NCBI GenBank assembly: GCA_963663385.2 | Contig: CAXXXD010000003.1 | Span: 96,001-160,000 of the forward strand | Reading direction: 5' to 3' | Length of the DNA: 64,000 nt | Source of the DNA: Oceanispirochaeta sp. | GTDB taxonomy: Bacteria > Spirochaetota > Spirochaetia > DSM-2461 | Part shown: positions 19,573-28,301 of the stretch, piece by piece | Layout: the number at the start of each line of letters is the position of its first letter | Position numbering within the stretch: position 1 is the first letter of the stretch | Notes under the pieces: model-generated | What the model was told of the DNA's origin: nothing | The model's database searches: none | The model's input: only the letters and a program-made list of their open reading frames with translations | Position numbers and translations under genes: made by a program

Positions 19573-21174
19573 TTACAATTGTTTGCGGCTTATCTTCCGG
19601 TCTTTCATGGTGTAACAGACCCTCTGTTTCATCAGTATCGTTTCCTCCCCTTTCTTTTCGTAGTACATTTCTGTCGTTTCCAGTTTTACAGGGTTTCCCC
19701 ACAGGTATTCCAGTCCCATCATGGTGTTGGGGATATACTCCTTCATAAGCGGTTTCCCCTCGTCCCGGTGACACAGGTAGAGGGTATTCTCATCGGTCTT
19801 CTCCTTATCAACCCGGATATCCGGAGGGTGCCAGAGGCTGTCCAAAAGCATGGCCCTGTATGCATCGGCCCCCTTGCTTTTTATGACATACTCCCAGGTC
19901 TGCCGGGGCGCATTCAGCCGTTTTTCAACCGTATAGAGTTTGTTGCGGTTGATAAAATCCTGATCGACAAAGCGGTTTATCAGTGTAAAATCGCAATACT
20001 CCTCCCGCAGCTTAAACAGAAAATCCGTTCCCTTGCCGGTATTCCGGTTGTACCGCTTCCGGTCTTCTATCTCGTGCAGTTTTTCAAACTCATAACTGAT
20101 CCGTCCTTTTTCGGCCAGGTCCTCAATATACTCCATCAGACGCATCCCGATGGCATAGGGGTTCAGCCCTATCCGGGGGAGGGATGTCACCATGGCATGA
20201 ACCCTGGCAAAGTCCACTTCATGTCCGCATATTCTTTTATCTTTGAGAAAGAGCCGCTCGTGCCAGTAACTGGCCCAGCCTTCATTGAAGATATGGTCCC
20301 GTCTCTGGGGATCGAAATAGAGGGCCGTGTCCCGCACTACATGGATAACCGATTTCATCCATCGGTTTTCCTCTTTCTGCAGAAAAGGGGAGGCATTGAG
20401 GATATATTCCAGAACATCCCGGGAGACGGTTTCTTTCTTCTGTTTGTATCTTTCGAAGAATGAATCGAATTCGGGATAGAGGGATTTGGCTTCCGTGAAG
20501 AAGAGGGATTCTCCTGTTTCAGGAGACGCCTTCTGCAGTTCGTTATAGCGTTTCAGGTTTTTCAGGTACTCCCCGTGAGAGACCTTCCTGATATCCTGAA
20601 GAAAGCTGTCAAAGTAGAAATCCATCTGCGGACTGTAGCGGCCTGTGTTTTGTGTGTGGAGGGCTGACAGTACTCTATAGAACCCGAGGATATTGTCTGC
20701 TCCCCGGGCAAATTCGATAATATAATCCACCCAGCGGCCGTATTCCGACCGCAGCCGGGCAATAAGCCGCTTATCCGCCCGGGCCCGTCCCAGAAAATCA
20801 TCTCCCCAGGTATGTTTAAAGAAGGTGTTGTTCTGGAAAAAGTCGATATGCCCCAGAACATGGTAGAAGATCATCACATTGAGCCAGTCCGGGTTGTTGT
20901 CGTTATAGAACGAAACGGCCGGGCGTGTATTGATAACCGTCTCGTAGGGATTGGTGGGGTAGAGCTTGTACTTTCCCTTCTCCTGGAGCACCCTGACATC
21001 ATGAACCCAGTAGTCGTAGATGGTGGGGATCATCATTTTGGGGGAGAGTTCCAGCATATCCTGATTGGTAACGACGTACTCCAGGGTTTCATTGTCAAAA
21101 CGAAGGCCTTCGTCCCGGGCGCGTTGTTTGCACTCTTCCATTATGGCTTTTACATGCTGATCTACCAGGGTCAT
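19573..21174 (-). CDS. spoVR: SpoVR/YcgB family protein
   Basis: YETVIN, HVLGHIDFF, NEGWASYWH, NPYAIG, YLWG. Confidence 0.92.
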   Translation of the reverse strand: MTLVDQHVKAIMEECKQRARDEGLRFDNETLEYVVTNQDMLELSPKMMIPTIYDYWVHDVRVLQEKGKYKLYPTNPYETVINTRPAVSFYNDNNPDWLNVMIFYHVLGHIDFFQNNTFFKHTWGDDFLGRARADKRLIARLRSEYGRWVDYIIEFARGADNILGFYRVLSALHTQNTGRYSPQMDFYFDSFLQDIRKVSHGEYLKNLKRYNELQKASPETGESLFFTEAKSLYPEFDSFFERYKQKKETVSRDVLEYILNASPFLQKEENRWMKSVIHVVRDTALYFDPQRRDHIFNEGWASYWHERLFLKDKRICGHEVDFARVHAMVTSLPRIGLNPYAIGMRLMEYIEDLAEKGRISYEFEKLHEIEDRKRYNRNTGKGTDFLFKLREEYCDFTLINRFVDQDFINRNKLYTVEKRLNAPRQTWEYVIKSKGADAYRAMLLDSLWHPPDIRVDKEKTDENTLYLCHRDEGKPLMKEYIPNTMMGLEYLWGNPVKLETTEMYYEKKGEETILMKQRVCYTMKDRKISRKQL

Positions 21175-22370
21175 TCTTCTATCAGCTCCTTTATACTGTC
21201 CACAACCTGCCCCTCATCGGAATCCTCCTTCAGGGTGGAGAGACGGAGCCTGTCCTTTCTGCTTTCCAGGAATCCGGATTTTTCCAGATACTTTTCGGCT
21301 GTCGTCTGCCCCGGCTGCCGGTAGGGTGCCGCAACCACTGTTATGCCGATACGGTTGGCGTAGGTCAGCATTTTTTCCAGGGCTTTGACTGCTTCATCTC
21401 CGCTGGAGTCCAGGTCGTCCCCGTCTGTTCCATGAAAAATGTAGATATTGTAATCCCGGGCCAGGGTCTCTTTTTCTACAATCTCATTGACAAATTTGTA
21501 GGCCGAGGCGATAAAAGTTCCTCCTGCGATGCTGAGGTTGTAATAGGTATAGAAGTCGGGCACTTCCTTTGCCTCGTCATCGTGGAGGATAAAGCGGGTC
21601 TCCACCTGTTTTTCATACTGGTAGGACAGCCAGCTGTAGATCATCAGATGCTGAGAGGTTACAATCTCTGTCGGTTTGCCGTACATGGATGCCGAATAGT
21701 CCCTGATAAAAAACACCAGAGCCTGGGCCTCATAGTCCTTCTCCCGGGAGAGAACACGGTAGACCTTGTCCCGCGGATCCACCAGGAACTTCGATGAATC
21801 GATATTGTTGATGTCCGGTACCCTTCCCAGGGCCTGATTAGTCCGCACAATTCTTTTTAGGGTTGCTTTTTTATCCAGAAACTGCCCGAAACCGCGGTTT
21901 TTATCGGTCATCTCATAGCGGTAGCGGGTAAAGGTTTTTTTCTTGCCCCGGTCCTGCAGGTTGGGCAGTTTAAACTTTTCCGTCAGGATCTTGCCCAGGT
22001 CGTAGGCGGAGGAACTTACCTCATGTTCGCTCCCTCCTCCCTGTCCGGCTCCTCTGTCCCCCTCTCCCTCTTCCTGATGGACGGGGACTTCTCCCAGGAC
22101 TTCGCCCTCTTCGCCGTCCCCGGCTCCACCGGTCTTTTCGTTTTCGCTGCTGTTGTCCTTAAAGCGGATCGTATCGTGGTAGAACTTCTCCTCGTCCACG
22201 GTGGGAACGATGATTATCTTGTCCTTTCCCGCTTTCCCCGGACGGAAGATGCGCCCCAGTCGGATCTTCCGGGGAAAACCGTCCTTTTCCCGCTGTTTAT
22301 CCCTGTCCAGAAGGTCGTCAATGGATTTCAGAGCCTTGTGATAGTAGCTGTTCCGATCCTTATCCGCCAT
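21171..22370 (-). CDS. DUF444 (YeaH/YhbH) family protein with vWA-like domain
   Basis: Gly-rich linker, RDYSASM MIDAS-like motif, GGTFIASAY, YNIYIFHGTDGD; between PrkA and SpoVR. Confidence 0.9.
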   Translation of the reverse strand: MADKDRNSYYHKALKSIDDLLDRDKQREKDGFPRKIRLGRIFRPGKAGKDKIIIVPTVDEEKFYHDTIRFKDNSSENEKTGGAGDGEEGEVLGEVPVHQEEGEGDRGAGQGGGSEHEVSSSAYDLGKILTEKFKLPNLQDRGKKKTFTRYRYEMTDKNRGFGQFLDKKATLKRIVRTNQALGRVPDINNIDSSKFLVDPRDKVYRVLSREKDYEAQALVFFIRDYSASMYGKPTEIVTSQHLMIYSWLSYQYEKQVETRFILHDDEAKEVPDFYTYYNLSIAGGTFIASAYKFVNEIVEKETLARDYNIYIFHGTDGDDLDSSGDEAVKALEKMLTYANRIGITVVAAPYRQPGQTTAEKYLEKSGFLESRKDRLRLSTLKEDSDEGQVVDSIKELIEE

Positions 22371-22385
22371 ATAAAACCTTCTATT

Positions 22386-24443
22386 TCAGGATTCATCCTC
22401 CAGGGTCGTGTAATACTCCAGTGTCTTTTCCGCACAGGTCCGGCAGTAGTTCAGTTTCCCTATCATGGTATCCATCAACCGGTTGTAGAGCTTCTGGTTC
22501 TCTTCATCCGTCCGGTTGGCCAGGGCTCCCACCAGGCTCCCGGCGCTGCCGATATCCGAGTTAAGCCGAACTTCCGTCACCGCCATAACCAGCTCCAGAT
22601 TATCCATGAAATTGTAGTTTTTCTCTGTGGCGATCTTCTGACCGTAGAGCTTGCGGATAGTGGTCCGGAAGGATTCCCGCTGTTCTTTCGTTTTCAGTCC
22701 CATCCTTTCTTCCACGCTTTCGATATACCGCTCGTCAATCTTGATCGCCGTCAGTTCCCCCGTCTGCGGATCCGGGTACTTCCACATTTTGTCGGATCCC
22801 AGGGTTTCCGCGTCGATTCCCACAATCATATTCACATAGTTCATCACGCTTTTCTCTATGGCCTTGGGCTCGTCCATATAGGCGTCGAAAATCTCAACCT
22901 TGATCTTTTCCTTGTAGAGCCCCTGGGCAATTTTCAGATCCTCCAGATACTTGGCCCGGTCTCCCGGTTCCTGTATATAGTCCAGAATGATGGTTTTGAG
23001 GGCTTTGAAAATGTCCTTGGCAAACATGCATTCCCCCTCATTGGTTTCCGAGCTTTCCAGTACCAGCTGAATGGCCCGCCCCAGGTTCCTCTGTCCCAGG
23101 CCCTTCTGACCGAAGCGTTTGGTAATATCCGCTTCGGACTGAAGATCGTCAATAATCTCCCGGAGGGATTTGATGCTCTTTTCTCCCGCCACTTCCCCGG
23201 CAGCCAGCTTCATCATCTCGATGGGGGTCATCTTGTCTGAGCGGGGCAGGCGGCTCAGGGTGACCGCAATGGATGAGGCGTAGTTGAAATTCGGGTCAAT
23301 GTGCAGGGATGACTTGCTGAAGGTTGTCTTCTCCCTTCCCCCCAGAGCGTATCCTGTCAGATCCGACTGCAGTTTGTAATCGGTGTTGTGGGACACATAG
23401 CACAGGCGGCAGCGGTCAACGATAGGGGCCTCTTCCCTCTCCGACAGGAACTTGTTGAACTCGGCGTTATTGCTGGTGGCGATGATCAGGGTGTCTATGG
23501 GCCATTTGAAACCGTCCAGTTCAATGGTCCTGTTCTGAATGACCCCCAGGTATATCTGGACCAGGTCTCTCTTGTTTTTGAAAATCTCATCGCTGAAATG
23601 GATTCCCCCTCCGGCCACCCTGGCCAGAGCCCCTCTTCTCAGGTCGAAACGGTAGGGGTTGTTGGTATCGGAGATATGGAGCAGACGCTGGATGGATTCC
23701 TCTCCCAGAAGGTCAACGGAGGAGGAGGTTATTTTATCCTTTGCGGGGTATTTCCCCGTCACGGTTCCCAGTGTTTCGCTTAAGGGGACGGGTACTATAG
23801 TGATGAATCCCTTCATGGCCTCTACATCCCCGCCTGTATAGCGGCGCAGATCTTCCAGAATATAGGAGGAGCAGGCCCCCAGGGGAGCGTAGTTGGCATA
23901 AAGCGCTTCCAGGGCTTCATCCCCGAATCCCAGTTTTCCCAGCCAGGTACGGTTTTCCTCTTTCGTCTCATAGAGGTTCATGGCCAGTCGCATGGGGTCC
24001 TCATAGGTCTGGGACTCTATACGCCCTATCATGCCGTAGGTTTCCAGTTTGTCCAGGTTATTGAACCGGAAGGTATAGCGGTGACACTCCGGCAGTGCCA
24101 GATAGCTGCGGTAGAGGGAACAGAGGTATTCCACAAAAAAAGTTTTTCCATTTCCCGGTTCCCCGATCAGAACATAGGCCATCTCCGAGGAGGATCCGTT
24201 TTCCGCGGCGTCTTTTACATAGCTGACAAAACTGTTGATCTCGTCGTACATGCCGATTATATGCTTGGGCCCCTGTCGGAAAACCTTGAAATCGTAGGTT
24301 GTCCGTCCGTTGACTTTGACTTTTTCTATCATCTCCGGATCATCCAGAATCAGGTGACAGAGCGATTGGTAGATGTTCTCGAATTTTCTCTTTCCGGAAA
24401 TAACCTGTTTGACGTGATAATCCAGGCTTAAATTCTCAGCCAT
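22386..24443 (-). CDS. prkA: PrkA/YeaG family serine kinase/AAA+ protein
   Basis: GEPGNGKT Walker A, FSDEIFK, IIATSN, DRC, YCRTCA C-terminus; operon with DUF444 and SpoVR. Confidence 0.9.
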   Translation of the reverse strand: MAENLSLDYHVKQVISGKRKFENIYQSLCHLILDDPEMIEKVKVNGRTTYDFKVFRQGPKHIIGMYDEINSFVSYVKDAAENGSSSEMAYVLIGEPGNGKTFFVEYLCSLYRSYLALPECHRYTFRFNNLDKLETYGMIGRIESQTYEDPMRLAMNLYETKEENRTWLGKLGFGDEALEALYANYAPLGACSSYILEDLRRYTGGDVEAMKGFITIVPVPLSETLGTVTGKYPAKDKITSSSVDLLGEESIQRLLHISDTNNPYRFDLRRGALARVAGGGIHFSDEIFKNKRDLVQIYLGVIQNRTIELDGFKWPIDTLIIATSNNAEFNKFLSEREEAPIVDRCRLCYVSHNTDYKLQSDLTGYALGGREKTTFSKSSLHIDPNFNYASSIAVTLSRLPRSDKMTPIEMMKLAAGEVAGEKSIKSLREIIDDLQSEADITKRFGQKGLGQRNLGRAIQLVLESSETNEGECMFAKDIFKALKTIILDYIQEPGDRAKYLEDLKIAQGLYKEKIKVEIFDAYMDEPKAIEKSVMNYVNMIVGIDAETLGSDKMWKYPDPQTGELTAIKIDERYIESVEERMGLKTKEQRESFRTTIRKLYGQKIATEKNYNFMDNLELVMAVTEVRLNSDIGSAGSLVGALANRTDEENQKLYNRLMDTMIGKLNYCRTCAEKTLEYYTTLEDES

Positions 24444-24497
24444 GCAGCCCTCCCCCGGGAGACAGTGCAGCGCAGACAGCTTGAGTCCCTGCTTTAA

Positions 24498-24526
24498 AGT
24501 CTAAATCAGTTCGGAACGGAAGTAAA
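24498..24526 (-). promoter_or_regulatory. predicted sigma70 promoter of the prkA operon
   Basis: Minus strand TTTACT-17-TAGACT. Confidence 0.5.
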
Positions 24527-24536
24527 ATTCCCGATG

Positions 24537-24552
24537 ACTAACTAAAGTTAGT
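24537..24552. promoter_or_regulatory. palindromic box copy 1 (ACTAACTAAAGTTAGT)
   Basis: 6-bp inverted repeat with 4-nt spacer; near-identical copies at 27696, 27759 and 39618, all intergenic. Confidence 0.8.
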
Positions 24553-24615
24553 ATTCTCTTCACGGGGAGCAGGGGGTACAATTACTGTATCAAATAAGTA
24601 ATCAAGTGATGTGTT

Positions 24616-24861
24616 ATGGTATTGTCAAAGAGATCCTTACAGCCCCCTGTCGGGGTATTCAGAAGTCATAGAATCCCGGGAATACTTAAAAGCGATCTGA
24701 AATATCTGTTGATAAAAGATCAGCCCGTTACCTGTTTCTGCTGCGGCATGGAACTGGAATCCCGGGAGGTCGGGGTTATCGCAAAGGGGCATACAAGGGT
24801 TGCCTGCAGTTGCAGAAATGCTTCCTGTATTCACTATTTAATGGAGAATTTCCATGAATAA
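24616..24861 (+). CDS. small Cys-rich protein with Ogr/Delta-like zinc-finger spacing
   Basis: C-x2-C-x6-R-x15-C-x-N-x2-C; stop overlaps next start; RBS weak. Confidence 0.45.
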   Translation: MVLSKRSLQPPVGVFRSHRIPGILKSDLKYLLIKDQPVTCFCCGMELESREVGVIAKGHTRVACSCRNASCIHYLMENFHE

Positions 24862-26047
24862 ACTGTATGCCCGCATCGCCCGGGTGGCGGTAAAATATGC
24901 TGTGTGCAGGCGGATCCGGAATTTCTTCGGATCAGGTTACGGTCAGTTCTGCATACACTGGCTGCACCATAAAGACCTCCTTTCTCCCCTTGAAGAAATC
25001 GAGGATGCTCACTTTATTCCGGTTTTCAACGAGTCGGATTCTCCCGCCATCCAGTCTCTGCAGGCCTATCAGTTCAACCTGTCCATCTCCTATAAAAGAA
25101 GGGCCCGGACAATTACAGGCATATACTACAGGGCTCTGGAAGCGGCTCTGCTGAGGGGGTTCGCCTGTTCCATGGGATCCGAAGCCGAGGAGGCCTTCTA
25201 TACTTATTACGCTCCCGCAACAGACCGGAATCCCGAACTGAAGCGGGTATACAATCAGATGATTTCTCTGGATAAACAGAATCTCCTTCGCACTGTCTTT
25301 CTCACAGAACTGGATTACCTGCCCGCTGACGGGAGGGATTACAGCGAGGATCTGGCGGGGCTTCTGGATTACCTGGAAGATCCCTCAAGGGGGGAGTGCT
25401 ACCTGAAAGGTCCTATCCGTATAGGCCTGCTCCCGCGGGATCCCCAGGTTATTCTCTCTGTGTATCAGAGAGCTGTCTGTGAACGTTTCTACAGAGTCGG
25501 AGTGCCCAATATCCTGCCGGCCAGCAGACGCCAGATTGATTATAGAACCTTCAGCAATCTTGTTCTTGATGCTGATCTCAGACCGGGGGGGACCTTTACG
25601 GGACGGATGGTGATGTCGGGTCCCGGCGCTTCCGTATTTGACCGGAACGGTTTAAGAGGGGTTCTTTACAGGGAGGAGTACAGCTGGAGTCTCCGGGAGT
25701 GCAGACTGAAGGAATTCTTTGAGGGTGAGGAGTGTACTCTGGCCATAAAAAGCATCGACTGGGTAAGGGGGCGCATCCTTCTGACCGGCAGGGGCAGGGA
25801 AACAGATCCCAGGGAACGGGCCGGTTTTCCGGAGGTGTATTCCATTGCCAATGTCCGTGTGGTAGAAGAAAATCACTGCTATATGCTTGGTTTGTACGGC
25901 AAAGAGTTTGAAGTTATTCTGCCCAAGAGCGAGCTTTTACCGGATCGGTTCGGTTCCGTTCATAATATGATAGGCAGGGATTATAAGGTGATGATCTATC
26001 ACAAGGACAGGGATTCCCGTCTATACGGGAGCATCAGAAAACTGTAG
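24854..26047 (+). CDS. protein with unknown N-terminal domain and two C-terminal S1 (OB-fold) RNA-binding domains
   Basis: GLRGVLYREEYSW...AIKSIDWVRGRILLT and EVILPKSEL...VMIYHKDRDSRLYGSIR resemble S1 repeats; GGAG RBS. Confidence 0.65.
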   Translation: MNKLYARIARVAVKYAVCRRIRNFFGSGYGQFCIHWLHHKDLLSPLEEIEDAHFIPVFNESDSPAIQSLQAYQFNLSISYKRRARTITGIYYRALEAALLRGFACSMGSEAEEAFYTYYAPATDRNPELKRVYNQMISLDKQNLLRTVFLTELDYLPADGRDYSEDLAGLLDYLEDPSRGECYLKGPIRIGLLPRDPQVILSVYQRAVCERFYRVGVPNILPASRRQIDYRTFSNLVLDADLRPGGTFTGRMVMSGPGASVFDRNGLRGVLYREEYSWSLRECRLKEFFEGEECTLAIKSIDWVRGRILLTGRGRETDPRERAGFPEVYSIANVRVVEENHCYMLGLYGKEFEVILPKSELLPDRFGSVHNMIGRDYKVMIYHKDRDSRLYGSIRKL

Positions 26048-26059
26048 AAATCCAGGACC

Positions 26060-26944
26060 CTAGAAATTCCATTTGCATTTATCCAGCAGTTCCTGACGGG
26101 AACGTACTTCCATTTTTTTAAATATTTTACTGAAGTACTGTTTTATTGTTCCGGTGGTTGTTCCGAGGTTGTGGGCAATCTCTTTGTTGGTCAGATGGGG
26201 GCTCTGGCAGAACTCCCGGATAATCGCTTCCTCACTGGGGGTAATTTTAAACTTTTTCAGATCCACAGGTTTTCTGGAAAGCCCGAGCTTCTCTATCCGT
26301 TCCTCCAGCTCTTCTATGCGGAACGCTTTGCTCTGTATCTCCTGATGATGCTCCCGGATTTCTTCTTCCAGCTGTTTTTTTTCCTTCTCCATAGCGGAAA
26401 AGGTCTCCTGTGTGGTCTTTTCGAACTTGAGAATATGGTTTATTTCGCTGGTGTATATCAGGTAGATAATGGTCAGGAAGAATATGAGGTACAGGGTTAT
26501 ATTTATGCTTGACCCTATATGGTCGTCCCCCGATACGGATATGGAGAATTCCAGAAAAACCATTGTGAACAGGCCCAGCAGGATTAGTTTCTTCCGGGTA
26601 TGTTTCTCCAGAAGTCCGTAGCGGTAGGCAAGCATCAGTGAGAGCATGATAAATCCCATTCCGTGAAAAGCATCATACTGATCCATCAGGGACAGAGCCC
26701 CGTTAATAAGAAAAATGGCAATCTGCAGGTACTGAATCAGGGGGCTCTGTATTTTTCTGGTAAAAAACAGGATAAGCGAAAACAGAAAGATAAACAGGAA
26801 TGACGGGAAAATCAATGCTTCCAGTACGGTCGCATGCCACGTAGATACCAGTAAGATGAAGTTTACCATACTTACGGCGAAGCCAATCAGGGCTACAAAC
26901 AGGGACACCCTTTTTTGTATTTCAATGTTTTCGCTTTTTTTCAT
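26060..26944 (-). CDS. membrane-bound LuxR-family transcriptional regulator
   Basis: About six TM helices, coiled coil, LuxR HTH (ITPSE...TNKEIAHNLGTTTGTIKQYFSKIFKKMEVRSR). Confidence 0.85.
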   Translation of the reverse strand: MKKSENIEIQKRVSLFVALIGFAVSMVNFILLVSTWHATVLEALIFPSFLFIFLFSLILFFTRKIQSPLIQYLQIAIFLINGALSLMDQYDAFHGMGFIMLSLMLAYRYGLLEKHTRKKLILLGLFTMVFLEFSISVSGDDHIGSSINITLYLIFFLTIIYLIYTSEINHILKFEKTTQETFSAMEKEKKQLEEEIREHHQEIQSKAFRIEELEERIEKLGLSRKPVDLKKFKITPSEEAIIREFCQSPHLTNKEIAHNLGTTTGTIKQYFSKIFKKMEVRSRQELLDKCKWNF

Positions 26945-26987
26945 AATACTATATTTTAAAATGGTTATTGAATTTTGTTAAACAATA

Positions 26988-27554
26988 TTATACATCCCAA
27001 TATGATTCAATCCCCGGGCCTATATCCAGTATTTCATCCATTTTGGGGCAGGACACGGAAAGGACCTCTTTTCTCAGATTTTCATTGGCGTTTTCAAATT
27101 TCCATGCGCCCATATTAATGGGGTTGTACTTTCTGTTCCGTTTGTCCTCTACGCTGTCCATTTTGTGGTCCGCCAGCATGGCCAGGGCCAGGATATTCAT
27201 CCCCCTTTTTATAATAATCTCATTCCCTCCGTCAAAGTGACTGATCCGTTCGAGTCGGGTGAACAGGTTGTCGTTATCGGAAAAATTATGAAGAAAAATG
27301 TCCTTTCCTCTATCCGAGGCGGCTATTACATATGTGGCAAGATGAGAGAGCGCTATCCGCTGAGGATTGCGGCAGTCGGCCAGAAAGGGGAGGGCCGCAA
27401 CCAGTTTCATTATTTTATGACTGGTCATTCTGGCCCTTTTCATTGGAGAGAAATGAAAGAGAGTCGAAATCCTGTCAACCATATCGATCCACTGTTCTTC
27501 TGTGAAGAGCGCTTCCTGTGGAGGTTCAGCCTTTAATTTTTTTTCCTGAATCAT
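26988..27554 (-). CDS. hypothetical protein with Asp-rich DxxxDxxxDxxxxKYNP motif and C-terminal YWDV
   Basis: 188-aa ORF with AGGAG RBS, co-oriented 43 nt upstream of the LuxR gene. Confidence 0.8.
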   Translation of the reverse strand: MIQEKKLKAEPPQEALFTEEQWIDMVDRISTLFHFSPMKRARMTSHKIMKLVAALPFLADCRNPQRIALSHLATYVIAASDRGKDIFLHNFSDNDNLFTRLERISHFDGGNEIIIKRGMNILALAMLADHKMDSVEDKRNRKYNPINMGAWKFENANENLRKEVLSVSCPKMDEILDIGPGIESYWDV

Positions 27555-27695
27555 AATATTCTCCTGAATGTTTGAGGATAACTATATTGTAAGACGCGGA
27601 ATATTAGCTGTACAGACTCGGAATCGCTGATATTGACAGGTTCAAAAACAGGTTTCTTTATCTCTTTTTAGTATAAGTAAATACTGTTTTAATGT

Positions 27696-27774
27696 ACTAA
27701 CTAAAGTTAGTAGGAATGAGGCCGTATTTTACGGGGTTTTACAGCTGTTTTTGAGGGTACTAACCAAAGTTAGT
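27696..27774. promoter_or_regulatory. palindromic box copies 2 and 3
   Basis: ACTAACTAAAGTTAGT at 27696-27711 and ACTAACCAAAGTTAGT at 27759-27774. Confidence 0.8.
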
Positions 27775-27820
27775 CGGTTATATGCTTTTGCAGAACGGGA
27801 AACAGGCATAAAATAGCGAG

Positions 27821-27895
27821 TGCCTTCAATAAAGGACCGGTGTAAGCCTTTGATGTCCGGGTTTATTTTACACCATTCGTTTTGCAGGCATATTT
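27821..27895 (+). ncRNA. candidate small structured RNA
   Basis: Starts about 7 nt after TAAAAT (27809-27814); TGCCT/AGGCA and GGTGTAA/TTACACC stems; no intact ORF follows for about 400 nt. Confidence 0.3.
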
Positions 27896-28032
27896 AAATT
27901 TTGTAATTGTTATTATAGAGAATATTGGTATACTAATCAAGGCGTTTGTTCCCGTTATTTGAGAATATTGTTTATTAGTGTTTATTCTGTGTGTAGTGAT
28001 TTGGTGGTTGGGGACGTTGCAGTGAGATTGAA

Positions 28033-28200
28033 GCAGGAAAAACCCTTTATTCTCATATTGATATTAATGAATATATAAGAGAGTCAGTTAAAGAAAAATC
28101 ATTTGCAAAATGGTTTGCAGAAAAAGTCTCTACTCATCCGCATTTAACAAAACGTATTAGATACATTTTGGAAATCGGAAAAGAAAATGCTGCCATATAA
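28033..28200 (+). pseudogene. C-terminal remnant of an M48 (HtpX-like) metallopeptidase
   Basis: Reads AGKTLYSHIDINEYIRESVKEKSFAKWFAEKVSTHPHLTKRIRYILEIGKENAAI*; STHPxxxxRI is the M48 C-terminal motif; no HExxH or convincing start upstream. Confidence 0.6.
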
Positions 28201-28301
28201 AAAGTTATAGATTGTCAGTTTCAACTGATCATGATCTTTATAATTATAGGGATCATGACACTAACGGCAATCAGCAGAAATCCATGTTAAAGGAGAAATA
28301 C

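Noticed and set aside
19456..20463. 335-aa plus-strand ORF
   Set aside because: Shadow of spoVR and the palindrome cluster
22023..23240. 405-aa plus-strand ORF
   Set aside because: Antisense to prkA/DUF444 with no motifs
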